This document shows, in pieces, positions 14,045 to 26,339 of a stretch of DNA of 64,000 bases (positions are counted from its first letter, which is position 1; the number at the start of each line of letters is the position of its first letter). The position numbers and the translations under genes are program-made. The DNA is taken from positions 248,001-312,000 of the forward strand of contig NIVC01000103.1 of NCBI GenBank assembly GCA_002269645.1, read 5' to 3'. The notes under the pieces are model-generated. The model was given only the letters and a program-made list of their open reading frames with translations, ran no database searches and had not been told where the DNA came from. The stretch comes from Macrostomum lignano. Its lineage: Eukaryota.

Positions 14045-14779
14045 AGCGGATTTATTACACTGCTGATATGTCTGTTTCAGTTTGCATAACTGTTTTAGCT
14101 ATTCATGACTTCATATATTTTAGCTACACCAGTGAGCTCTTTTCTGACTCTTTTTTCATTTGTAGCATATCCTAACTTGTGTACTTGCTTGTCATTTAAG
14201 AGGTACTGACAGAAGTATTTTTTCTGATCTTTTCAGTTTGTGGACATTCGGTCAAGTAGTGTAGGATATCGGAACCATTTCTCGCTCCACACAGTCTACA
14301 TGCTTCATGAGAGAAAATGTTGGGTGTAATTTCGCATTTCAGTTTTAGGAGGGTTGTTAGGAATTTTTTGTTTCTAAAAGTGCATGGAAAGTAATCTGAA
14401 AGGTCGGGCCTGCAGATTTTTTTGTAGAGATAGGCGTTTTTGTAGAGTTTAATATGTTGCTGATTCTCTAGCTTTTGGCTAAGTTCTCTTTCTCTGTGTA
14501 TCTTGAGGTGCTTTTTCACTAGGTATTTCTCGTTATTAAAGCTTTGGGAAAGTTTATCTTCAGTTAGTGCTTTTAAGTCTATACTTTCCAGTTTCTTTAG
14601 TACATTTGTTTTCCATGGATTTTTTTGGCTGGTGTTTGAGTAGAAAATTTCTAGAGTCGTTTGGCAGAGTTTTTTGTGTCTAATCTTCAGCCAGTAGATG
14701 AGGTAGGTTTTAGCGATTCGTTGAGAGATAGGAGTAAGCTCAAGTTCTGATGATATCACACTGTTGCTAGCAAATTTTG
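14045..14779 (-). mobile_element. 3' part of a non-LTR retrotransposon (RTE-X-like LINE), C-terminal CCHC zinc finger
   Basis: Frame KFASNSVISSELELTPISQRIAKTYLIYWLKI...CRLCGARNGSDILHYLTECP*; joins in frame with 19070-19540 once the inserted element and one TSD copy are removed. The clade assignment is tentative and the 3' boundary is approximate. Confidence 0.8.
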
Positions 14780-15536
14780 CCCAGTGAAAAAAATGATATG
14801 GATTCCATGTGGATTTTTCATATGAAATCCATATGTGCATTTGTCTCCATCCATCCATGTGGAATCAAGATATGGATTCCACATGGAAGATCCACATGGA
14901 AGTAATTATGTATTTCACATAGAATCCACATTGTCATTGAGTAAGCAGCCATTATACTGGTTGCCATAATAAATTGTTGCATCCTAAATCTCAAAATAAT
15001 ACCAGATCTCAAAATTTCATACAAACCCCAGATCTCAATACCATATAAAAGAAACTGAAACACAGATAAAACATTAGCTATAGCCAAAAATATTTCTGCA
15101 CAAAAATATATTCAAAAAGGATGTATCAATAAGTAAGGTGTATTTATGTACAGTAGTGAGTCACTAGCACACAAAGAATAAACACACTGATGTAGATATT
15201 GATATCTTTAGAGTTGCGCTGCGCATATGATATAATATATAATTTGAAATTGACATTGTCAATAGCATTAATTAATTAACAATAATATAATGCACCAGAA
15301 TTAGAACAGTCAGAAACATGCTGCTGCCAATTGCCAGAATGCTGCTTCGTCAGGTCAGGTGAGCAACCTTAGAAAAGAAAGGGGTTAAATTACAGAATTT
15401 TATAACAGATTGATAACAGATTTTGTAATAGATTTTGATAGATTTTGATCTTATAACAGATTTTGATGACAGAAAAAAATCAGTTTATAACTAAAACTCA
15501 CCATTGCTTCACAAAAGGTAGCATTCGAGATATTAA

Positions 15537-16786
15537 CAGTGTTGGGCAAGTTACTCAAAAAAAGTAACTTGCGTTACTGTAACTTAAGTTACCAATTTTT
15601 AAAAAGTAACTTACGTTAGCCTAGTAACTTTAGACAAAAACCCCGGTAACTTTTAAGTTACTGTCCGTTACTCACTTCCGTTACCCATGTTATTAACAAA
15701 ATTTTCTGCTTTTTTCACATTGCACATTTTTTCACACTGTTTTTACCGAAATTTGCCATTGGGCATTGGGATTAACCGATTAACAGACAGAGACAGCAAT
15801 TGGCGACACGATGTGAGGCAAGTAGAAGGACCGATGGGCAATGGCAATCAATAATTAAAATTATAAATGATAAAATAAACGAATATCAATAATTCAATAG
15901 AGTAAAATAAATAACTGTATAAAATGGTGTAGTGTACTGCAGTGCCAGCGGAGGGACTTGTGGAGGCTACAGATGAATTTCTTTCTTTGGTTGTTTGTTT
16001 GAATCAAACTTGAAAATTTTTAGTAACTTGAAAATGGAAACGTATGAAACATTCGCCGACACCCACTCAGACACTTCTACAGACACTTCAGTTTCTGTCA
16101 TACGAATCGTAGGAACAAGCATTAAATTTGTTTATTCCTTACAAACTACCAGTAAACTGCTTTATTTTAAGCTTTTTTTGCTTTATTTTATTAAATCTGA
16201 ATCATGAAATTTGTTATTCTGCATAGATTCTCTTCACGTGAAGAAGAATGTTAAATTTGTCCAGGACACTTCCTAATTCATATTTAATAAAATAAAGCAA
16301 AAAAAGCCCAAAATAAAGCAGTTTACTGGTAGTTTGTAAGGAATAAACAAATTTAATGCTTGTTCCTACGATTCGTACGACAGAAACTAAAGTGTCTGTA
16401 GAAGCGTCTGAACAAGTGTCGGCGAATGTTTCATACGTAAATGAAAGGCAAAAATATTTTACTGAAATTATAACAAAGCAAAACATGTTTCAAGTATTTC
16501 TTCATTAATTAAAGCGCAATACCAAATGATACTATTCACTTAATTTTGAATTTAGGAATGAAAAATGCAAAAACATGTGACAACCGGCGTAATAGCTAAG
16601 CATTTCTGTTTTAAATTTAAATATTGCGATTGTTGCAAAGTAACTGTAACGGACTTCTGAAATTTGAGTAACTTACCGTTACTCCGTTACTAAAATAAAA
16701 AAGTAACTTGCGTAAGGAACGCTTTACGAAAAAGTAACTTGCGTTACCATTTGCAAGTTACTCGGTAACGGAAGTGCCCAACACTG
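15537..16786. mobile_element. hAT-type MITE (1250 bp) nested in the CMC element
   Basis: TIRs CAGTGTTGGGCA / TGCCCAACACTG; perfect 8-bp TSD GATATTAA (15529-15536, 16787-16794); subterminal GTAAC/GTTAC repeats. Confidence 0.9.
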
Positions 16787-17525
16787 GATATTAAATTCCA
16801 ATTCCAAGTAGCTTTGCATGCTTCTTCAAAGGCAAGACCAAGGTGACATCCAAGTTTGAGGATGGGCCATGTAATGTTAGGCTGAAATGAAATAGAAAAA
16901 TAATTGTTGCCAATTAAGATTGATAGATTATATTGATATAATTCATAAAACTAATTTAAGGATGAATACTTAATAAAGTTTATTTTAAAATTAACTAGGC
17001 CTAAGTCCTAGGTTTATTTTTTAAGCGCAAAGTGTGCATATGCCTTTGCCAGGGGTTAGCGAAATGGGCAGCAATGCCTCCTCGCTGTTTCCGGATGCAC
17101 AGAGCCCCCTGCAGCTAAGTCAAGTAAGTCAAGTGCACCCTAAATCTTAAAATTGTACCTTGAAAACTGAAATTAAAAAGTTGATACAGTTTAGGTGCGA
17201 TCTCATTACCTATTTTTATGTTGAAGCCTTATTTGCATTGCCTTTTTATAAGAAAAAAAAGAAATTGCATTCTAAGCCTTAAAATCATAAAACCCTAAAA
17301 GTGAGCATAGGGTATGATTTTGCACCTTGTCTCTAGCAAAAAAGAAAACCCTACCTAAGTCAATCAATAAAATAAAATTAATAAAATTAAAATAATAAAG
17401 TATAAAAATAATTAATATATGTTTCTATAAATTTAATTTTTTATTTTAAAATTGATTTTAGACTATAAAGTATTTAGGCAAAGCAATGCATGTTTTTCAT
17501 ATTTGCTGGCCTAGTATAATTAAAA

Positions 17526-17810
17526 GGGGGGCCGTAGCCAAGTGGTAGCGCAGCTGCTCTGGTGTGCCAGCAACCCAAGCTCGAATCCAAGTGCAATCAT
17601 ATTAATTTGGGGCTGAATTGGAATCTCAGCTTGGCTTTCTGCTCATGCAATTAATGGCCTTGAGAGCCAACCCCCCAAGGCACAGTGAAGTATACATGCC
17701 TAACGATAAATAAAGCTAGGGCCACTATACATTCCTATGTGAGTGTGCTTGCATACATATCCGCACACTTGTGTGCCTGCTCAGGGGAGTTGGTGGAATG
17801 GGCAGCAATG
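17526..17810 (+). mobile_element. tRNA-derived SINE nested in the CMC element
   Basis: A box TAGCCAAGTGG (~17535), B-box-like GCTCGAATCC (~17579). The body is similar to headless copies at ~300-450 and ~24565-24650 (shared CCAAGGCACAG..TACATGCC..AGGGC..TACA..CCT.TGTGAG). Confidence 0.65.
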
Positions 17811-19069
17811 CCTTTTGCCAGTTGAGTGCCTATGTTTCTTAAAGTGCGCCAGGGTGCACACAACCCCCCTGCCTCTAATAAAAAATAGTATAATTAAACA
17901 TTAGGCCTAACCTAAGCCTAAATAGCTATGCCCTATAGCTTAAAATTAAATTCTGGACTTGGCCTAAATCAGATCAAATTTACAATAATCATTCTTTATT
18001 TTTAATAGCAACCTTAGGGATCTGCTAGGCTAGCTATGCCAAAAGCAAGTTGCAAGTGTAATTGCAAAGAATTATTTATTATAATTAATAATATTGTTTT
18101 TAAAAATGCAACAAGTCCAAAAGATGCTAACAGACTTTTTTGAAGAAAATCATAAATTAATTGATTTTTAACATATTAACTAGATTGACTAGTCACAATT
18201 CACAAAGTCAAGCTAGTCCTAATCTTAATTAAAATAGAAGGACCTAAATTGATAGTTATAGCAGGCCTAGCTTAAAATACGCATAATAAGCATACATATA
18301 AATAGATAGGACTAATAGGTAGGACTAAGAGGAAATTATGAACTTCTAAAGGCCTATTTAAGTTAAAAAAATGAGTAGCCAATCTATGGACATGGCCATG
18401 GGATTCCTAGAAATTGGAGGCCTAGGCCTAAATAAATTTATCATGGATTTTACCAAAAGTATTAGGCCTATCTATGATAAAATACTGATTTATCTAATTT
18501 CTAATCTCATGGAGGCTAGGCCTATGGCCTGATAAGTTATTGCCTATAGGCTAGGTCTACTAAAATTTTTAAGGTGCTTAAATAGCCATAAACAAGGCAA
18601 TTTATCTTTCAAGGCCTTGAACCAAAACATTGACAAATATAAAATAAAATAAATTTAATTTTAAAAAGCACGAAGCGTTTTTTATTGTTCACTTCTATTT
18701 TGTCTATTTTAACAAACAGTGTCTTATTTGCCGATTATAATTTAGCTTTAAGATATTAATTTTTACTTAAAAACATATAAATATAATAATTAATTATAGT
18801 AATTTCCTAAAAATGTCTGAATGTGGTGCATCACAGTTTTTTATCGAAGTGGATTCCATGTTGAATCAATATACGCTTATTTCTCATGAATTCCTTGTAA
18901 AATCCACATCAACATTAGGACAGTAAAAATAAAAAAATAATGCATAAAAAATACTTTGCATACCATTATGTCATCTTTAAGTTAATAATTTGCAAAAAAT
19001 AAAGAAACATTTAAATTCCACATGGCCACGTGGAACCCACGTGGAATCCATGAATCATTTTTCACTGGG

Positions 19070-19540
19070 TGGTAGATTGAGGAGATATTTGTAGAATTTC
19101 AGCTGAATATTATCAATAGCTTTTGTATCAGACATGGTAGCCAGTAGAGGGCCCCAGAGCTCACAACCGTAAGTGATAACGGGGGTAACAAGCGCGTCAA
19201 ATAGTCTGCGAATGAGTGTGATGTCTAGGGACGTATTCTTTACCCTATGGAGTAGGGAAAACATGGCTGTATATCCCTGCTTAGTTTGGTGTTCAATACA
19301 TTTTTTTAAAGCTGTTTTTTGGTTCAAAAATAATTCCCAGGTATTTAAATTCATTTACTTCTTCTATTTCTTGGTTGTCGTAGTATATTTTTGTAGCAAT
19401 GCTATCTGTGTCGTTTTTTTGTCTGGTATTGCCCTGCATAAACTTTGTTTTGCTTGCGTTGAAATGTTCGCGTGCAAGCAAATTTGAATGGACTAAATTT
19501 TATAGTTATCTTAACAAATTTTAGTTATTTATAACGTTAC
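19070..19540 (-). mobile_element. 5' part of the same degenerate LINE (end of RT domain / thumb)
   Basis: FNASKTKFM...IEEVNEFKYLGIIF, a frameshift in an A-run, then IRRLFDALVTPVITYGCELWG...IDNIQLKFYKYLLNLP. Confidence 0.82.
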
Positions 19541-20050
19541 GCACATCAGTTGGTCTACACAGAAAATTAATTTTTTTATATAACAACTTAAAATATAAAA
19601 AATGTCTAAATGGCTTCAGTTTTAGGTTACTTATTTTAGGAAATAGTAATATAACTGGCCTGCAATAATTGTTGTAAAAACGTGACTTCGACCCATTTGC
19701 TTTTTAAAATTTGTTTCCCGCTTGACCCTCTTAAAAATAGCTATTCTTGATCATACCTGAACTCTTCTGTCTTTCTTCGGTCCCCTCCCCTGCAGTGGTT
19801 TTTTAGTCTACTCTATTCAAGGCGTTTACGTCGGAAGCCTTACAATCGATATGGCTGCATGTTGATCAAATGGGTTTCTCCTACTCTAATGAAAATTTTC
19901 TCATTCGGTTCGACCTTCAGTCTAAAGCACGCAAATAATATATATGTAGAACATTTAGTTTTGATCAAAGGTTTTTAGAACGAGCTTCAGAAAATTGCGA
20001 GATGCACGCGGTACCGCGCGCTCGTGGTGCGGATCGAGCTGCCTCGTCGA

Positions 20051-21000
20051 GGGGGGGTTTCATAAGACCGACATTTCACAACGCCGAAACACCATACTTC
20101 ACAAGACTGAAACTTCATAAGACCGAAATTTCACAACGCCGAAAACTCAAAATGCAGGGCCCTCACAAGACCGAAACTTCCATAAGACCGAAATTTCACA
20201 ATGCCGAAAACTACTGCACAATCCTTCACAAGACCGAAACTTCATAAGACCGAAATTTCACAACGCCGAAAACTTAAAATACTGGGCCCTTCACAAGACC
20301 AAAATTTCGTAAGGCCGCATAAAATAAAATGCCATATAGTACATAATGGGCCGTGTGCAGAAAGCTCTGTCTAGGGTCCGGCCTTGAAAAGCTAGTCTGA
20401 ACTTGGATTTGGTATGCAGAAACACAAGTATTTTGTTGGTAATGCCTCACGCTACTTGGCCTATAAGTAAATGCCTTCGTGGATAAAAAACAACCAGAGG
20501 GTAGGAAATGGAGCTGTTAAAATTCCAAATCATATTAAGTCATATATGAAGCAAAAGTCCGAAAAATAAGTTATAATTAAAATTAAAGTTATGGAGCCCA
20601 TTACTAATTTGTCATTCTGCTCTCGCCATCGAGTGTAAATTTCATAAACCATGTGAATGTTCTTGATCATTATAAAATTTGTTACGTCAGAAGCAAGCAC
20701 GAACGAAGTATTCAAATTTTTGTGAACAGTGAGTATAGTGAAATGTATTGTTCATTTTGCAGTTTGAGTTTTCGGCGTTGTGAAATTTGGGTTTTTTGAA
20801 GTTTCGGTCTTGTGAAGGGCCCTGAATTTTGAGTTTTCGGTGTTGTGAAATTTCGGTCTTATGAAGTTTCGGTCTTGTGAAGTATCGTGCAGTAGTTTTC
20901 GGCGTTGTGAAATTTCGGTCTTATGAAGTTTCGGTCTTGTGAAGGGCCCTGCATTTTGAGTTTTCGGCGTTGTGAAATTTCGGTCTTATGAAAGCGACCC
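20051..21000. mobile_element. Foldback/MULE-like element with modular long inverted repeats
   Basis: Arms ~20051-20305 and ~20760-21000 built from CATAAGACCGAAATTTCACAACGCCGAAAACT modules in inverted orientation. G-rich termini. Flanking direct repeat CTCGTCGA (20043-20050, 21001-21008; 9 bp CCTCGTCGA if the end is shifted by 1). Confidence 0.82.
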
Positions 21001-21783
21001 CTCGTCGACTTTACTGATTTTTTCGATTTTCGTCATCTGCTACCGATGGGGCTATAGATATCTAGTATCTGTATGATGTTACAGGGGTGTGAGAGGGTTG
21101 ATTAGTTGGTGTCAATCATTTTGGCTTAGGATTGAGTTGAAGCAATGGGGAGTGGTCATGCAGTATTTGAGTTTTTCTTGCAAAATTCCTCATCGGTCTT
21201 GGGCGTAGCGGCTGTGGCCGCTGCCTTCTCACCCTCCATGCAGACGCTCGCCTGTGGTAAACCGTGTCGCCCTACGCTCGCAGCTCTTTGCCATCACCTT
21301 TTGTATCCTGGTGGAATGGATGGTGGTTGTTATACATGTAGTCCCATCACGAGCCTCCTCTGTTGGCCTCCGCATCATTCCATTTATTTGCATGCCTTCC
21401 ATCTTATCTTTCTCCCTGCACCCCTTGATTGTTTAACGCGTTTTTTTCTATTTAGCTCCCATTCTTGTGGAATTCTAAGCCCTAATACGAGTACATGTAA
21501 TGCTGCAGCTTTCACGACAGATAACGAGCTCACAATAAGAGCAGGAATCGCTTCACTAATCCATCGCTTATGGCTGAGTGCTAGAGAATGAAGATCGAAA
21601 TTCTCAAGATATCCAGGAACTTCAGACTTATACAGACTTGTCTCCGTGTGCCACTCAAAAGAAAAAATTGTTTAAACAATTGCTCTCAGAAAAGGGAATA
21701 TAAGAATTTGCAAATCCCGCGATACTCTGTCAGCATGCAGTTGCATTTGTAACAAAAATCCAACTATCAGAAGCAAGAGACCA

Positions 21784-22545
21784 ATGCCTCAGGTGCAGTC
21801 AGCTCTGCTTCTACTGCTAGCCCTCTGCGCCGCTGTTCGCGGCCAGTGCCGGTCCTCTTTCGAAGAAGTGATCAACGCCAGCCTGTGCATCAACAGCAAG
21901 TTCACGGAGGTCATCAGCATTGACCCTGCCGGTCCTACCTCGGAGATGCAATGCTCAGTGCAGTGCAGCATCCGGCAGCGCTGCCAGGCATTCAGCATAG
22001 CAGACGGTCCGTGCCAGCTGTTCGTGTTCGACAGGTGCAGCAAAGGCGTGAGGAAGTGCAGCTGCTCTCGGACAGGCCGGCTGTTTGTGAAGAGCCGAGC
22101 GGGACTGCAGCCCGGCCGCCTGTGTCCGGCTGGTTACGCCCAGGAGCGGTGCGGAGTGAAGTACAAGGCGTACCCGAGTCCGGGAAACTGGTGGGACGCC
22201 AGGCAGAGGTGCGAGAATGACAGCGGACTGGTGATTATGGCGGATGTGGAAGACGCAGCTGAGATGTCCTTCATTGACAGCCACTTCAATGCCGAGTACT
22301 TCAGCCAGTCGAAGTCATTGTGGCTCGGAGGCTTCCAGTCTCCAGCGAGTCCGAAGTCGAAGTTTGGCTGGCGGTGGGTCAGCTGCAACACCAGCGTGGA
22401 TAGCAACCTGTGGAGCTCCTATCTGACAGGTCAGCCTGACAACATTCTTGGTGGTGAAGTCACGATTGGAAGATTTTATATGTATCCGGGTCTCAACGAC
22501 TTCTCTCCTTCTACCCTGTTCTACAAGCCGTCAGCCGTGCTGTGA
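21784..22545 (+). CDS. Secreted PAN/Apple-like + C-type lectin domain protein (single exon, 253 aa)
   Basis: Signal peptide MPQVQSALLLLLALCAAVRG; Cys core CSVQC-SIRQR-C-QAFSIADGP-C; CTLD features CPAGY...C, WWDARQRCE, LWLGG, WRWV, QPDN, LND. AATAAA at ~22640. The terminal Cys-Glu lies one base out of frame (see findings). Confidence 0.88.
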   Translation: MPQVQSALLLLLALCAAVRGQCRSSFEEVINASLCINSKFTEVISIDPAGPTSEMQCSVQCSIRQRCQAFSIADGPCQLFVFDRCSKGVRKCSCSRTGRLFVKSRAGLQPGRLCPAGYAQERCGVKYKAYPSPGNWWDARQRCENDSGLVIMADVEDAAEMSFIDSHFNAEYFSQSKSLWLGGFQSPASPKSKFGWRWVSCNTSVDSNLWSSYLTGQPDNILGGEVTIGRFYMYPGLNDFSPSTLFYKPSAVL

Positions 22546-22919
22546 GTGAGAGACGTTTGACCCTCAGCTGCAAACAGCCGCATGTGCAGCCGCTCTGGCT
22601 GCGTTTTTGTAGCCAACTATATATTTAATTTCCTTGGTTAAATAAAAAAATATTGTTTTTTTAAACTCCCTTCCCTGCAACCCGCTGATCAATTCTCTTT
22701 CGTTCATTCGCTGAAATAAAAACTACGAGCTAAATCAAGGAAGATGGTTAATCTACAGAACTACAGAATTCTACAGAACTAACCACAAAATTATCAGTGT
22801 GTAAGCTTAATTGTAGAAATTTGTGAATTGCTGAACTGAAAGATAGTGCCTCATCCAGCAAACCTGCAACCCGATAATGTTATCTTATACTTGCTACTCT
22901 CAGTAGCAGAAACTGTATC

Positions 22920-22923
22920 TGTG

Positions 22924-22956
<33 letters not shown>

Positions 22957-22992
22957 GCTGCCTGTCTGTCTGTCTGTCTGCTGCCTGCCTGC

Positions 22993-23031
<39 letters not shown>

Positions 23032-23037
23032 CCTGCC

Positions 23038-23102
<65 letters not shown>

Positions 23103-23109
23103 GCCTGCC
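22920..23109. repeat. (TCTG)n microsatellite
   Basis: Tetranucleotide array. Confidence 0.97.
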
Positions 23110-23308
23110 TTGTCTTTCTGCAATAGAAAGTTGAATTTGAAGCTAAATTTCCGTGTATTTTAAGTGCGATTCGGACCATAGACTACTCAAGTTTTCGAGC
23201 AACGTGCATGAGTTATTGTTAGCCGATTTTTAAAGCGGTCGCTTGAAGCTGAATCAAAGTTGCTTGCCAAGGAAAGGCAGGAAAATAGAAGTCTGGAGTC
23301 TTTCAAGA

Positions 23309-24848
<1,540 letters not shown>

Positions 24849-25164
24849 CCTTCAATGACATTTTGACCCGGGCAGCAGTTCAGCAATCAAAGACAAGCTT
24901 AGCAACTAAGAGCAGAACTCAGTACTCAGCAAGGCCTTAATCGTTTTTAAAAATAAAGCTTGGAGGTTTTCACTGACTAGTTTGTTTTCTTTAAGAGTCC
25001 CTGAGAATTCAGAATACATGCGAGCAACAGATGACTTCATTTTTACTTTGACTAGAGACTGTTCCTGCTCTCAGCTCATCTGCTGCCAAATGTACTTTCA
25101 GTGCTTATTGATTTTTCATGACTATAAAACCAAGTTTCTAACCGTTTATATTATGTGACTAAAT

Positions 25165-26150
25165 TCAAATTGTGTGAATCCGTGAATCGCGTGAATCTAG
25201 TTCAGATCGCGTGAATCAAGTTCAGATTGTGTGAATCCAATTCAGATTGCGTGAATCCAATTCAGATTGTGTGAATCCGATTCAGATCGCGTGAATATAG
25301 TTCAGATTGTGTGAATCCAATTCAGATTGTGTGAAACCGATTCAGCAATTGTGTGAATCTAATTCAGATTGCGTGAATCCGATTCAGATCGTGTGAATAT
25401 AGTTCAGATTGAGTGAATCCAATTCAGATTGTGTGAATCCGATTCAGATTGAGTGAATTTAATTCAGATTGAGTGAATCCAATTTAGCTTGTGTGAGTCC
25501 AATTTAGAACACGTGAAGCTAATCCAGATTACGTGAATCCGATTTAGATTTGTGTGAATCCGATTCAGATTGAGTGAATCCAATTCAGATTGTGTGAGTC
25601 CATATCAGATTATGTGAATATATATGAGATCGTGTGAACTCAATTCAGATTGAGTGAATCTAATTCAGACTGTGTAAATTCAATTCTGATTGTGTGAATC
25701 CAATTCAGATTGTGTCACGTGTGAATCCGATTTAGCTTGTGTGAATCCGATTTAAAAAACGTGAAGCTAATCCAGATTATGTGAACCCAATTCCGATTGT
25801 GTGAATCCGATTCAAATAGAGTGAATCCGATTCAGATTGTGTGAATCAATTCAGATTGTGTGAAGATAGTTCAGATTGTGTGAATCCAATTCATTTTGTG
25901 TGAATCTAATTCAATTTGTGTGAATCCAATTTATTTTGTGTGAATCCAATTTATTTTGTGTGAATCCAATTTATTTTGTGTGAATCCAATTTATTTTGTG
26001 TGAATCCAATTCATTTTGTGTGAATCTAATTCAATTTGTGTGAATCCAATTTATTTTGTGTGAATAAAATGCAGATTTTATGAATCCAATCCAGATAGTG
26101 TGAATCCGATTCAGATTGTGTGAATCTAATTTAGATTGTGTGAATCGTAT
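25165..26150. repeat. 20-bp minisatellite (TGTGAATCCAATTCAGATTG)
   Basis: Tandem degenerate units between the three-finger and phosphatase genes. Confidence 0.93.
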
Positions 26151-26339
26151 TCAGTAAGTGCGAGTTGAATACCGGTTATTAAAATAATATCTGAAATAAA
26201 ATTTCAAAACCAAAAGCCTTTGCGCTGATTTTATTATTTTCTAAAGCAATAATCTTCAGGAGCTGGGGCTGATGCATTCAATCCAAGCCGCTGTTGTCTG
26301 CAGTGCCTCAAAACTGAAATTTTCAATTCGCACGCAGCC

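Larger units (their letters stand above)
14780..19069. mobile_element. Non-autonomous CMC/EnSpm(CACTA)-like DNA transposon, 4290 bp
   Basis: Termini CCCAGTGAAAAA(AA)TGAT...GGATTCCA and TGGAATCCATGAATCATTTTTCACTGGG; 2-bp TSD TG (14778-79, 19070-71); multiple subterminal TCCACATGGA/TCCATGTGGA repeats at both ends; no recognisable transposase. Confidence 0.8.

Noticed and set aside
17526-17600. tRNA-like sequence (also 44390-44466 on -)
   Set aside because: A/B boxes are present but there is no complete cloverleaf or acceptor stem, and each continues into a repeat body. Treated as SINE heads, not tRNA genes.
20530-20730. Possible degenerate MULE transposase words (EYFVRA...NLHS...GLHN) in the foldback core; piggyBac-like Cys/VGECF words in the 240-bp repeat at 16199-16438
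   Set aside because: Multiple stops and only vague similarity. It would need tBLASTn/HMM support.
22543-22560. TGA at the position of the last CTLD cysteine read as selenocysteine (AVL-U-VRDV*)
   Set aside because: No ATGA..AA..GA SECIS-like element is visible in the short 3' UTR, and a 1-nt indel giving AVCE* is more parsimonious. A SECISearch run would settle it.
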